A stretch of 51,501 nucleotides of DNA from an uncultured Bacillales bacterium (GTDB lineage: Bacteria; Bacillota_I; Bacilli_A; RF39; UBA660), in assembly GCA_946623125.1 (NCBI GenBank), contig CAMOQR010000004.1:1-51501 (forward strand). The letters run 5' to 3'. A program made the translations under genes and the position numbers. The notes beneath the pieces were generated by a model that ran no database searches, had not been told where the DNA came from, and saw only the letters and a list, made by a program, of their open reading frames with translations. Shown piece by piece: positions 19,880-29,539 of this stretch; positions within the stretch are counted from its first letter, which is position 1, and every line of letters starts with the position of its first letter.

Positions 19880-20414
19880 ATATATTCGCGTTAAAAATAT
19901 TGTAATTGTTGCTTTATGTATAACTGTTGTTATCATGGCTGCTGGTTATATTATATTGGCAATCGAGATTGATAAGTTGCAAAATGTTGATTCGGTTTTT
20001 GATGTTTCTTTTACAAATGTGAAACAGATATCTTCTATTAAAGGTGGTTCTGCAGAACCTAGTGGTAGTATTGATATTCAGGATTCTGGTAAATCTTTAA
20101 AAATGAATTTTATTTTGAATGAAGTTCATGATGAAATTGATTATGAAATAACGATTCAAAATCGTGGGACTATGGATGTTGCTTTGATAGATTTAATTAT
20201 GAGCCCTGATTTTACTGATTTTGCGATTCTTCAAGCATATGATCCTATTTCTATTAGTCTTTCAACGATTAATGGTAGAATTTTGGAACCTGATGAAGAA
20301 GCAACTGTCAAACTTAGTGTTTTTTATAATCCTGTTTCTTCTCCTTCTTTGGAAGGTATGAAAAAAATTAGTGGAAAAGTAGGTATTTTGGCTGAGTCCA
20401 TTTCTTCGAAGTAG
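19872..20414 (+). CDS. Membrane-anchored Ig-like (TasA/camelysin/DUF11-like fold) hypothetical protein
   Basis: N-terminal TM; DEIDYEITIQNRGTMDV and LEPDEE..V.L.V.Y beta-sandwich pattern. Confidence 0.55.
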   Translation: MSKYIRVKNIVIVALCITVVIMAAGYIILAIEIDKLQNVDSVFDVSFTNVKQISSIKGGSAEPSGSIDIQDSGKSLKMNFILNEVHDEIDYEITIQNRGTMDVALIDLIMSPDFTDFAILQAYDPISISLSTINGRILEPDEEATVKLSVFYNPVSSPSLEGMKKISGKVGILAESISSK

Positions 20415-20445
20415 AGTTTGACATCTACTTCTTTTTTGATATAAT
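20408..20445 (+). terminator. Terminator overlapping a sigma-A promoter
   Basis: GAAGTAGA/TCTACTTC stem plus T tract. The loop contains TTGACA (20418), 16 nt before TATAAT (20440), which has a TG extension. Confidence 0.7.
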
Positions 20446-20469
20446 AATTATATTAGGGTGTGATAGTAA

Positions 20470-21843
20470 GTGATACGAAAATTTTTTCATAGTTTATTTA
20501 AAATCATTTTCTTTTTATTATTTGTTTCATTTGCTGTTGGACTTATTTTACTTGGTTTATATCTTAATAAAATATCTCAAAAAAAATATGTTTTTGATTC
20601 TGTTTTAAATCAAGTTGGGAATCAACTTTTACAATATATTCAAACAAATTCTCCTTATAATTTAGGAGATGATTTTGAAATTCGTGGAACCTCTCAGATG
20701 GATTTTAGTTCTGAGAAATATGAGAATAATGTAACTAATGATTTAGAGTTTGAGAAAAAAAATCAAATATTAAAAAATTTATCAATGATGGATGTTCAAT
20801 ATCAGTTTTTACAGAGTAAAACGGATGGAAAATTATTGTTTTCTTTAGATGAAAAAACTCCTAATAAATCTATATTTTCTGGTAAGTATTATATTGAAGA
20901 TGCAACAAAATATTATTATGTTGATGGAATTTTAGATCAATATGTTAATGGTGGTAATAATAACTATTTTGAAATGTTGAATGAAGAATATACGACTGAA
21001 AAGAATTTAGAGTATTTATATCATTTTTTTCTTCAATCTATAGAAAATCAAGTTTTAGATACTGATTTAAAAGGATATGATACTGAGGTTAATTTGGGGG
21101 ATGATCGAGTAAAAGTTGGGCAGGTTTCTCTTAATATTAATAATAAGTATCTTCTTAAGGTTTTTAAAGGAGTTTTAAAAGATATTAATCAAGATAAGAG
21201 AGCAAAGACTTTAATAGAAAATATTTATCCGGAGTTATTAAATGAATCTATTTTAGATGATTTTCATGTTTTAGAAGATGATGAAAGTTATACTTTAAAT
21301 ATTTATATTCGTAAGTTTTTATATAAACCTTGTAAGTTGGAATTATTGTATATGAAAGGGAATCAGAAGGAATTGTATACTTATGAAGGAAATCTTGAAT
21401 CTGGTTTTTTCTATTATTCTGTTGATAATGAGGTTCAATATACTGCTGATGTATCTTTTAGTTCTAAAAGGGCTAATTTTATTCTTTTAAATCGAAGTGG
21501 GGAAGAAAGTGGAAATATTAAAATTGAGAAGTCAAGTAATGGTTTTTTATTTACATTAAACTTGGCTCTTGATAAAGATAAATATGATCTTGAATATTCT
21601 TCTATTATTAAGGATTATCATAAGAATAAGTCTTATATTAGGGATGATCATTTAACTTTTAAATTTGTAGAAAATATGGTTACTACTTTACAAGGAAATG
21701 TTATAATGTCATTAGATATTTCTAATGATGTTTCATTCCATGAAGATACGGCTAATTCTTATTTAGAAAGTACGATTGGGGTAGAAGCAAAAGATAAGTT
21801 TGATCATATAAAAGATACTGTTAAAGCACAGTTAGAGAGTTAG
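20470..21843 (+). CDS. Membrane-anchored hypothetical protein
   Basis: Long ORF with a single N-terminal TM and a beta-rich C-terminal half; no recognised motif. Confidence 0.7.
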   Translation: MIRKFFHSLFKIIFFLLFVSFAVGLILLGLYLNKISQKKYVFDSVLNQVGNQLLQYIQTNSPYNLGDDFEIRGTSQMDFSSEKYENNVTNDLEFEKKNQILKNLSMMDVQYQFLQSKTDGKLLFSLDEKTPNKSIFSGKYYIEDATKYYYVDGILDQYVNGGNNNYFEMLNEEYTTEKNLEYLYHFFLQSIENQVLDTDLKGYDTEVNLGDDRVKVGQVSLNINNKYLLKVFKGVLKDINQDKRAKTLIENIYPELLNESILDDFHVLEDDESYTLNIYIRKFLYKPCKLELLYMKGNQKELYTYEGNLESGFFYYSVDNEVQYTADVSFSSKRANFILLNRSGEESGNIKIEKSSNGFLFTLNLALDKDKYDLEYSSIIKDYHKNKSYIRDDHLTFKFVENMVTTLQGNVIMSLDISNDVSFHEDTANSYLESTIGVEAKDKFDHIKDTVKAQLES

Positions 21844-21850
21844 AGGTGGG

Positions 21851-22417
21851 ATGTATATGGAAAAGAAAAAACATAAAAGAACTGTTAAATTGATTTTTAA
21901 AGATAAGAATGCGAAGAAAGAAAATTATACAACTGGTGAACGTATTAAAAGGTTTGTTTGTTCTTATGAATTTTTATATACCTTGTTTTTTATTCTATTA
22001 GGTGTTGTTATACTTCTTTCTGTTATGGTATTTACTAAAGTTCGTGAGAAGAAATCCTCTGCTGCTAATTTAGTTATTCCTATTTTAAAAGATGGAGTTC
22101 ATAATAGTATGAATCTTGATTTAAAACAGTTGTATGAGAGTGGCGAGTATACAATAAAGATTACTAATTATCGTGGAGATACTGTTAACGCAGATGATGT
22201 ATCTTATTCTCTTACGGTTCGAAATGAGTCTCATTCTTCTATTAAAGTATTACAAAATGACTCTAAAAAGAACTTAATTGTTGATCAAGAGGCAACAAGA
22301 ATTGAAGGGATTCATTTTGATCCTAATGAAAAAGAAGAAGTTATTTATCGTTTCTCTTTAGAGGATGGTGTAGTACCATCTGATGGGGATACGATTTCGA
22401 TTGAGATTGCTAGTTAA
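21851..22417 (+). CDS. Single-TM hypothetical protein with Ig-like extracellular domain
   Basis: Basic N-terminus, TM, alternating beta pattern (YTIKITN..VSYSLTV..IYRFSL). Confidence 0.65.
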   Translation: MYMEKKKHKRTVKLIFKDKNAKKENYTTGERIKRFVCSYEFLYTLFFILLGVVILLSVMVFTKVREKKSSAANLVIPILKDGVHNSMNLDLKQLYESGEYTIKITNYRGDTVNADDVSYSLTVRNESHSSIKVLQNDSKKNLIVDQEATRIEGIHFDPNEKEEVIYRFSLEDGVVPSDGDTISIEIAS

Positions 22418-22461
22418 AAAGGTCATGTTTAATTGACTTTTTTTTTTGTAAATGATAGAAT
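22416..22461 (+). terminator. Terminator overlapping the promoter of the DUF1292-giant protein operon
   Basis: AAAAAGGTCA/TGACTTTTT stem; TTGACT (22433)-N17-TAGAAT (22456) with TG extension. Confidence 0.65.
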
Positions 22462-22503
22462 GAAATAGTATAGTATGATGATAATCGTGAGAGGAGTTTG
22501 AGT

Positions 22504-22779
22504 ATGGATTTTGATTTTGAAAAAGATAAAATTCAAATCGAAAAGAATGGTGAAATGGTCGATTGTGATGTTTTATTTACATTTGATAGTGAAGATACTA
22601 TGAAGTCTTATGTTGGGTATACAGATCATAGTTTTGGTAAGAATGGACGCAAAAATATTTATGTTTCTTCTTTTCGCCCCTTTGGTTCTACTTTAGAACT
22701 TTCGGATATTGATGATGAGATGGAATTAGAAATGGTTAATCATGTGTTAATGCAATTAGATAAAGATAGTAACAGATAA
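22504..22779 (+). CDS. DUF1292 family small acidic protein
   Basis: NGE.VDCDVLFTFDSE...KSYV.YTD...IDDEME.EMV pattern; GAGGAG RBS 7 nt before ATG 22504. Confidence 0.75.
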   Translation: MDFDFEKDKIQIEKNGEMVDCDVLFTFDSEDTMKSYVGYTDHSFGKNGRKNIYVSSFRPFGSTLELSDIDDEMELEMVNHVLMQLDKDSNR

Positions 22780-22791
22780 GGTGGTGAGAAT

Positions 22792-25700
22792 ATGGATAGT
22801 GTTATTTACGAAGATGAGGTTGTAAGAGAAAAGGTATATGAAGCAAGTTTTGATGCTTCTAAGAAATTGACTGGTCGTCAACAAAAAAGAAAAGTTTTTA
22901 ATATGATGAAAAAAGAGGGAATTCCTGTTCTTAATGAGTCCGAATATGAAATACATTTTGAAGAGGATTCTGATTCTCAAAGAATTCATTTTACTGTTAC
23001 TCATGTTTATACGAAAAAAGTTCCTTATCGTATTTTAAGAGATGAAGTATATCATGGAAATTATATTTTAGGTGGATTAGCAATTACTCCAGAAGAACAA
23101 AAAATGAAAATATTTGATCAAATGAGAAAAGATGGTTTTGCGATCGATTCTTCTGATGATTATGAAATTGTCTATGATGGTGTTCAAGATTCTGATACAA
23201 ATGAAACTCAAATTTCTCCATATGTTGTTTATAGAATACAAAAAGAACAAATTACTCCAGAAGAGGCTGAACGTTTTTCTCAAAAAAAAGATGATTCTGT
23301 AAAAGACTTATATCGTGAAATGGTTACATTAAGAGATAAAGTCTTATCTTCTGAAAGTGCTGATGATATTTCTCATCTTTCGGATAAAGTTATGGAAGTA
23401 ACCGATAAAGTAGATGAAGTTGTTGAAAAAGATTTAAAAGATTATGGTTATTTTGAAGAAACTATTCAGTCTTTAACTTTAGAGATTCAAGAAAAAGAAA
23501 AGAAGTTAATAGAACTTACAGCTTCTTATGAACAATCTTATGAGGCTATGAAAAAAATAGTGGAAGAAGAAACTTATGAACATGTTTCTTCTGATGAATC
23601 ACGACAAAAAGCAGAAAAAGAAAATTCTAATTCTTTAAGTATTCGAAAAGAAATTGATAAGACAAAAAGAGAGCTTTCTTCTTTGAGAGGTAAGTTAACA
23701 AAGATAAGAAATGATTATGAACTTGCGAAAGCATTTGGTCTTTCTGCAAGTGAGTATCAAGAACTTACTACAAATTTAAGAAAATCTACTATTATGAATG
23801 CTATTTTAAAAGAAAAAGGATTAGAAGATATTTTAGCCATTCCAGCAAGAGAACGTAGTGCTTCTCAAAGAAAAGTGTTGCAGGATGCTAAGAGAAAAGT
23901 GTTTGAAGAGATTGCTTCTTTTCAAACGGAAGGTGATAGAAAAAGTGTTTTGGAGTCGATTGAGGCTTTATATGGGTTAGAGTTAAGTGAAGTTCTTTTA
24001 AAGGGAAGACAAAGAGTTCTAATTGTTAAGAAGTCTTCTTATGAAAATATTATAGAAAACGCTAAGTCATTACCTGAGAAGATTATTAAACAAAAAGAAT
24101 CTGTTGTTGATTATGAACCTGCAGAGGTTCCTAAAGATATGGCTGAGGTGTTTGAAAAAAGGAAAGAGGCTATGAATCGTGTTGAAATTGGACGTGGAGC
24201 CTTTGTTCCTGGACGGGAAGAAATTCGTGATGTTGTTTTAAGAGATCTTGGTATTGATATTTTAAGTGATGATTCTTATGAGGTTAGTTATGAAGAAAAT
24301 GAGGATCATACTTCAACAAATTATGTTTTATATCAAAATAGCCTAGATACGAATCTTTCTAATGAACCTACTTTAGAAGATGATACTTATACTTCTTCTA
24401 GTTTTGATACTCCATCAACTGTTGCTATACCAGAAATTGTTACAACGACACCTCCAGTAGAATCAGAAAAACCTCTTTCTGAAGAGACTATTCAACCTGA
24501 GCTTAAGGATATCGTTTTCCCAACTTCTGTAGAAGATAATGGTCCTGTATTGGAAGAAGATCCTATTGTTTCTGATTATGATCGTTCTGATCTTATGACG
24601 CATTTTACAATTTATCGGGGAGATGATGATAAGTTATATGCGAGAAAATCTGCTTTTGAAAGATTTGATTTAGTTCCTAATGGAGAAGAAATAAAAATTA
24701 ATGGTGCTGCTTGTTATGAGATTAGTCCAGATGATGTTGTTAAATTAATGGAAAATGAAAATAATGAGACTTCTCCTTATGTTATTGATTATGTAGATTA
24801 TGATTTTGAAAAAGACTATGATTTTTCAAATATCTCTATGGATGATGTTCACGAGAAAGTTACTATCTATGTAGATCAAGATCATAAATATTATGTATAT
24901 AAACCTGTTCTTGATAGATTTCATCTTGTTCCATCTAGTGAGGAAGTTACCATCAATAAAATTGCTTCTTATGAAATAACTGCAGGAGATGTTGTTCAGA
25001 TTGAGGCTAATTCCTTGAATGATACTTCTCCATATATTGTGGAATATCAAGATTTCCAGAGAGAGAAATCTTTTGATGAAGAAATTATTCATGAAGAAAA
25101 TGAAAGATCATTAAAAATTAATTCTTTATTTGAACATCCTGAGTTGTTAGATAAGATTACCATTTACCATGATCAGGATGGAAAATATTATGTATATAAA
25201 CCAGTCCTTGATAGGTTCCATTTAGTACCAATCAGTGATGAGATTCAAATCAATGGAGTTGCTTCTCATGAAATAACGGCCGGAGATGTTGTTCAAATAG
25301 AGGCTAATTCTTTGAATGATGTTTCTCCATATATTGTGGAATATCAAGATTTCCAAAGAGAAAAATCTACGGATGAAGAAATTACTCGAGATGAAGATGA
25401 AAAAATATCTAGAGTTCAATCTTTACTTGAGGGAACTGATTTACTTGATAAATACTCTGTCTATCATGATCAAGATGGAAAATATTATGTATATAAACCG
25501 GTCCTTGATAGGTTCCATTTGAATCCATTAGGGGATGAGATTCAAATTAATGGAGTAACTTCTTATGAAATATCTTCAGGAGATGTTGTTCAAATAGAGG
25601 CAAATGCTTTGAATGATGTTTCTCCATATATTGTAGAACATAAAGATTTCCAAATGAAAAAGAATGATTCTCTTAGAGTACAAGAGTTATTTGAAAACCC

Positions 25701-28700
25701 TGATTTGATGGATAAATATTCTGTTTACCGAGATCAAGATGGAAAATATTATGTATATAAACCAGTTCTTGATAGGTTCCATCTTATTCCATCTAGTGAA
25801 GAGGTTCAAATTAATGGTGTATCTTCTTATGAGATTCAACCAGGAGATGTTGTTCAAATGGAGGCTAATGCTTTGAATGATGTTTCTCCATATATTGTGG
25901 AACATAAAGATTTCCAAAGAGAAAAATCTTTTGAGGAAGAGATTACTCATAAAGAAAATGAAAGGATTTCTAAAGTTCAATCATTACTTGATAATAAAGA
26001 TTTAATTGATAAATATACAGTATATCATGATCAGGATGGAAAATATTATGTATATAAACCAGTTCTTGATAGGTTCCATTTAGTACCAACTAGTGAAGAG
26101 GTTAAAATTAATGGCGTATCTTCTTATGAGATTCCATCAGGAGTTGTTGTTCAGATGGAGGCTAATGCATTGAATGATATTTCTCCTTATCTTATTGAAC
26201 ATAAGTCTTTTCAAAGAGAGAAGACTCATAATGAAGAGATTACACATGAAGAAAATGAAAAATTATCAAGGGTTACTTCTTTATTAAATAATCGTGATTT
26301 ACTTGATAAATATACCGTTTATCGTGATCAAGATGGAAAATATTATGTATATAAACCAGTACTTGATAGATTCCATTTAAATCCAGTAGGAGAAGAGATA
26401 AAAATTAATGGTGTATCTTCTTATGAAATACAACCAGGTGATGTTGTTCAAATGGAAGCCAATGCATTGAATGATACTTCTCCATATATTATTGAATATA
26501 AAGATTTTCAAAGAGAAAAGAAAAAGAATCTAGAGAGCGATATGAACAAGATGGATTCTTCTGATACAAAAGAACATCTTAATAATAATCATCTTCCTAT
26601 TCGTGATGAAAATAAGTTAGATAATAATGATCTTTCTAATCCAGTAGATAAAATTTATGAAAATGACAAACCTGTTCAAAATAGAGATCATAAAGATGAG
26701 AATGATAAAACATTGAATAAACCTATTTTGAAAGAAGAAAAGGATGATGAAGTTATCTTAACATTCTATTGTGATACAAGTGATCATAATCAAGTTTATG
26801 CAACACGTCCTGATTTACAACGTTTTGGTATTAATCCATCGTCTTCTCCTGTTAAGATTCAAGGTAAAGACTGTTATCCTATTAGTTCTGATACCAATCA
26901 ACTTATTCAAAATATTGCTCGTACTAGTAAAAACCCAAGAATTACTATTCGTTATGAAAATGTTTCTTTAAAGAAAAAACAGGTAGAGTCAGTTAAACCT
27001 CATGTAGAACAAATTCTTGATAAACTTACTAATGGCCTTGATATTCGTGTTAATGATGGTAAGAATTATACGGCAAGTAATATTAAATGTTTTGATAATT
27101 TTAGAGATGAATTACATAGTGGAAATGTTGCTTATAACATTGTTCATGTTGTTCCAGCAACTGTTAAAGCAACAGTTAGTTTCTTCCGTAAATTAGGTTC
27201 TAGATTATTTTTAACGGGACGTGGAAGAGAAGCAATGAAAGAGCTAGATTCTAGATTAGATAAGTTGTCTAGTGAAGAGTTACAAGTTTTATTTGATGAA
27301 TATAAAGGTAGTCAATTAAAGACGGATATGAATCATCAAATTAATCCTCTTATTTTAAATCGTTTACGTAGATATGGATTAGAAAGAGTTGATCAGTTAA
27401 ATAATCAGATTCTAAATCATTATACAAGTTTATTTACTTTATTGGGACAAATTCGTTCTATTGAAGATAAATTAAATTCTCGTAGAGTTGGTAAGGCTGA
27501 GGCTGATGCTTACGAGAAGAAGAGGGTTGAATTGATTCATGAAGCATCTCTTCATATTCGTGAGATTTTAAATGATAGACGGGATGCCAATAATATTTTA
27601 TCTAGTGGAGTTCATGGAATTGAAGAAGACTTTAAGGCAGTTTCTACTAAGATGAATTATGTTGGTTTACGTTTTAGTAAAACAAATGATTTTGATAATG
27701 AATTACAACATCAATTAGGTAATTTTGGAAAGAATTTAAATGTTGCTTTGGCTAATGATAATGATGAGGCAATTGTTCAAAACTTTATGGGACTTGAGAG
27801 TTGCTATTACAAAAATACAGATATTCGTGGTAGTATTGTAGGTCGTAGAAGTGTTGGAAGTAAATATTATTCTCCAATGGCACAAGAGTTTGATTATCGT
27901 GATGATCCATTCATTCGTGATTTATTAATGACAGTTGCGGTTACCTCTGCAACAGTAAGTGCAGTAAATGCTGTTCGTGTTCACCAAATTGAGAGTAGAC
28001 AATTGTTGGATGAACAAAAGTCTAATGCAGATTCTGTTAATGCTATGAATGATAAGACGATGGATACTGTTCATGAAACAGGTCGAGATATTGCTTCTAA
28101 GCGAGATGAATTCTCAAAAGGAATGGAATCAAAAGTTGAGCAAGATGTTTTAACAAATGCGAATACACGGGAAAGAGCACATTTAGATAGTACGAATTGG
28201 AAATTTAATAATGCATATCATGCGGCTGATCATGCTGGACATGAGGCTTATAATCAGTTCTATCAGGATGTTACAAACCAAATCAATCAAGTGGCTGATC
28301 AGTATGCTAAAGGTAGTATTACTCAAGCAGAGGCTCTTGAGAGAATGGCTCAAATTAGTAATGATGCTAATTCTACTTTACATGAGGTGGTTGATAGTAG
28401 TTTAACAATATTAAAAGATTATGCTGCTACTCATCCGCAATTTGATTTAAAGGCAGTAGAGGAGTCTATGGAATATTTAGTTTCTCATCCTACTGCTATT
28501 GCAGATATGAATCAAGCCATGGTTGATGTTACTAATATGGGAGAGGGTTTAACTTCTTTACAGGCTGCTCATATGGAGGCGTTAACATCTCTTCCTAGTG
28601 ATATGGCATCTACTATTGTATGTGCTGCATCTTCTTTATTACTTGCATCTCATGTTGCTCAATCTATGAGACATAAGGCTCAAAGAAAAGGAGAATATGG

Positions 28701-28773
28701 TGATGAAGTAACTGATATGATGGATGATTATTTATCCACTTCAGAAGAAGAGGCTAAGGTTAATCGAAGATAA
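22792..28773 (+). CDS. Giant acidic hypothetical protein (1993 aa) with coiled coils and a tandem repeat array
   Basis: Uninterrupted 6-kb ORF with AGGTGGTGA RBS and its own terminator; no signal peptide. Confidence 0.85.
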   Translation: MDSVIYEDEVVREKVYEASFDASKKLTGRQQKRKVFNMMKKEGIPVLNESEYEIHFEEDSDSQRIHFTVTHVYTKKVPYRILRDEVYHGNYILGGLAITPEEQKMKIFDQMRKDGFAIDSSDDYEIVYDGVQDSDTNETQISPYVVYRIQKEQITPEEAERFSQKKDDSVKDLYREMVTLRDKVLSSESADDISHLSDKVMEVTDKVDEVVEKDLKDYGYFEETIQSLTLEIQEKEKKLIELTASYEQSYEAMKKIVEEETYEHVSSDESRQKAEKENSNSLSIRKEIDKTKRELSSLRGKLTKIRNDYELAKAFGLSASEYQELTTNLRKSTIMNAILKEKGLEDILAIPARERSASQRKVLQDAKRKVFEEIASFQTEGDRKSVLESIEALYGLELSEVLLKGRQRVLIVKKSSYENIIENAKSLPEKIIKQKESVVDYEPAEVPKDMAEVFEKRKEAMNRVEIGRGAFVPGREEIRDVVLRDLGIDILSDDSYEVSYEENEDHTSTNYVLYQNSLDTNLSNEPTLEDDTYTSSSFDTPSTVAIPEIVTTTPPVESEKPLSEETIQPELKDIVFPTSVEDNGPVLEEDPIVSDYDRSDLMTHFTIYRGDDDKLYARKSAFERFDLVPNGEEIKINGAACYEISPDDVVKLMENENNETSPYVIDYVDYDFEKDYDFSNISMDDVHEKVTIYVDQDHKYYVYKPVLDRFHLVPSSEEVTINKIASYEITAGDVVQIEANSLNDTSPYIVEYQDFQREKSFDEEIIHEENERSLKINSLFEHPELLDKITIYHDQDGKYYVYKPVLDRFHLVPISDEIQINGVASHEITAGDVVQIEANSLNDVSPYIVEYQDFQREKSTDEEITRDEDEKISRVQSLLEGTDLLDKYSVYHDQDGKYYVYKPVLDRFHLNPLGDEIQINGVTSYEISSGDVVQIEANALNDVSPYIVEHKDFQMKKNDSLRVQELFENPDLMDKYSVYRDQDGKYYVYKPVLDRFHLIPSSEEVQINGVSSYEIQPGDVVQMEANALNDVSPYIVEHKDFQREKSFEEEITHKENERISKVQSLLDNKDLIDKYTVYHDQDGKYYVYKPVLDRFHLVPTSEEVKINGVSSYEIPSGVVVQMEANALNDISPYLIEHKSFQREKTHNEEITHEENEKLSRVTSLLNNRDLLDKYTVYRDQDGKYYVYKPVLDRFHLNPVGEEIKINGVSSYEIQPGDVVQMEANALNDTSPYIIEYKDFQREKKKNLESDMNKMDSSDTKEHLNNNHLPIRDENKLDNNDLSNPVDKIYENDKPVQNRDHKDENDKTLNKPILKEEKDDEVILTFYCDTSDHNQVYATRPDLQRFGINPSSSPVKIQGKDCYPISSDTNQLIQNIARTSKNPRITIRYENVSLKKKQVESVKPHVEQILDKLTNGLDIRVNDGKNYTASNIKCFDNFRDELHSGNVAYNIVHVVPATVKATVSFFRKLGSRLFLTGRGREAMKELDSRLDKLSSEELQVLFDEYKGSQLKTDMNHQINPLILNRLRRYGLERVDQLNNQILNHYTSLFTLLGQIRSIEDKLNSRRVGKAEADAYEKKRVELIHEASLHIREILNDRRDANNILSSGVHGIEEDFKAVSTKMNYVGLRFSKTNDFDNELQHQLGNFGKNLNVALANDNDEAIVQNFMGLESCYYKNTDIRGSIVGRRSVGSKYYSPMAQEFDYRDDPFIRDLLMTVAVTSATVSAVNAVRVHQIESRQLLDEQKSNADSVNAMNDKTMDTVHETGRDIASKRDEFSKGMESKVEQDVLTNANTRERAHLDSTNWKFNNAYHAADHAGHEAYNQFYQDVTNQINQVADQYAKGSITQAEALERMAQISNDANSTLHEVVDSSLTILKDYAATHPQFDLKAVEESMEYLVSHPTAIADMNQAMVDVTNMGEGLTSLQAAHMEALTSLPSDMASTIVCAASSLLLASHVAQSMRHKAQRKGEYGDEVTDMMDDYLSTSEEEAKVNRR
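24589..26970 (+). repeat. Intragenic ~297-bp (99-aa) tandem repeat: 6 close copies plus 2 degenerate flanking copies
   Basis: AAATATTATGTATATAAACC recurs at 24886, 25183, 25480, 25744, 26041 and 26338 (spacings 297, 297, 264, 297, 297). Confidence 0.95.
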
Positions 28774-28798
28774 AAAGGTTTGAGTTTCAAACCTTTTT
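28772..28798 (+). terminator. Intrinsic terminator
   Basis: AAAAAGGTTTGA-GTT-TCAAACCTTTTT perfect stem. Confidence 0.88.
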
Positions 28799-28846
28799 CT
28801 TGCTTTTTCTATAAACTATTGTATACTTAAAGTAATAGGAGGCGTT

Positions 28847-29083
28847 ATGAGAAAAAAGAGGTTATTAGGAGCAGTTTTATCTGGTTGTTTTTTTCTTCTT
28901 TATTTTGGTGGACTTTTATGTTTGTTCTTTTTTAGTGGTTTATTTACTGGTGATGTTCCGCTTTCTATTTTTATCATTTTTTCCGTTGTTTTGGCAATTC
29001 CATTTTTTGGTGTATTACTTGCTTTGTATTATCGTATTCGTGAAATTCAAAACGGCGAAGAAGATGAGGCTAAAAAATATTAG
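28847..29083 (+). CDS. Small two-TM membrane protein
   Basis: AGGAGG RBS, two hydrophobic helices, RIREIQNGEEDEAKKY tail. Confidence 0.75.
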   Translation: MRKKRLLGAVLSGCFFLLYFGGLLCLFFFSGLFTGDVPLSIFIIFSVVLAIPFFGVLLALYYRIREIQNGEEDEAKKY

Positions 29084-29094
29084 GAGGTATGTAT

Positions 29095-29409
29095 ATGATT
29101 CTTGTTACGACAGATGAAATAAAAGGAAAGGAAATATCTGAGTCTTTGGGTATTGTAAAGGGTGAAATTGTTCAGTCTAAAAATATTGGAAGAGATTTTA
29201 TGGCTGGAATGAAGACTCTTGTTGGCGGAGAAATTGTTGGTTATACAGAAATGATTCGTGAGGCAAGACAGATTGCTACAAAGCGTATGGTAGATGAGGC
29301 AAATTCTCTTGGTGCTGATGCAGTTATAGGAATTCGATATGGTTCTTCTGCTGTTATGCAAGGTGCTGCTGAAATTATTGTTTATGGTACTGCTGTTAAA
29401 TTAAAGTAA
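29095..29409 (+). CDS. YbjQ/UPF0145 family protein
   Basis: LGIVKG, VGGEI.GY, GADAVIGIR, YGTAVK; ATG at 29095 after AGGAGG. Confidence 0.92.
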   Translation: MILVTTDEIKGKEISESLGIVKGEIVQSKNIGRDFMAGMKTLVGGEIVGYTEMIREARQIATKRMVDEANSLGADAVIGIRYGSSAVMQGAAEIIVYGTAVKLK

Positions 29410-29429
29410 AGATTTTCTTTACTTTTTTT
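29403..29429 (+). terminator. Intrinsic terminator overlapping the stop codon
   Basis: AAAGTAAAGA-TTT-TCTTTACTTT plus T tract. Confidence 0.75.
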
Positions 29430-29461
29430 CTTTTTTGTTATATATTGTTTTTGACGTTTTT

Positions 29462-29515
29462 GCAATTAAGCTATATGACGGATACCCCATGGTGTTTGAC
29501 ATGTGGCTTTTTTGC
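29462..29515 (+). promoter_or_regulatory. Candidate structured 5' leader RNA of the ABC exporter operon
   Basis: Long hairpin: GCAATTAAGCTATATG pairs with CATGTGGCTTTTTTGC, and CGGATACC pairs with GGTGTTTG, with several G-U pairs. Confidence 0.45.
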
Positions 29516-29539
29516 GTTGGAAAGGAGTGTGAAAGAAAA

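Noticed and set aside
24589-26970. Regular repeats as a possible CRISPR array or DGR template
   Set aside because: Units are 297 bp, in frame, with synonymous divergence and no unique spacers; no cas or reverse transcriptase gene is present.
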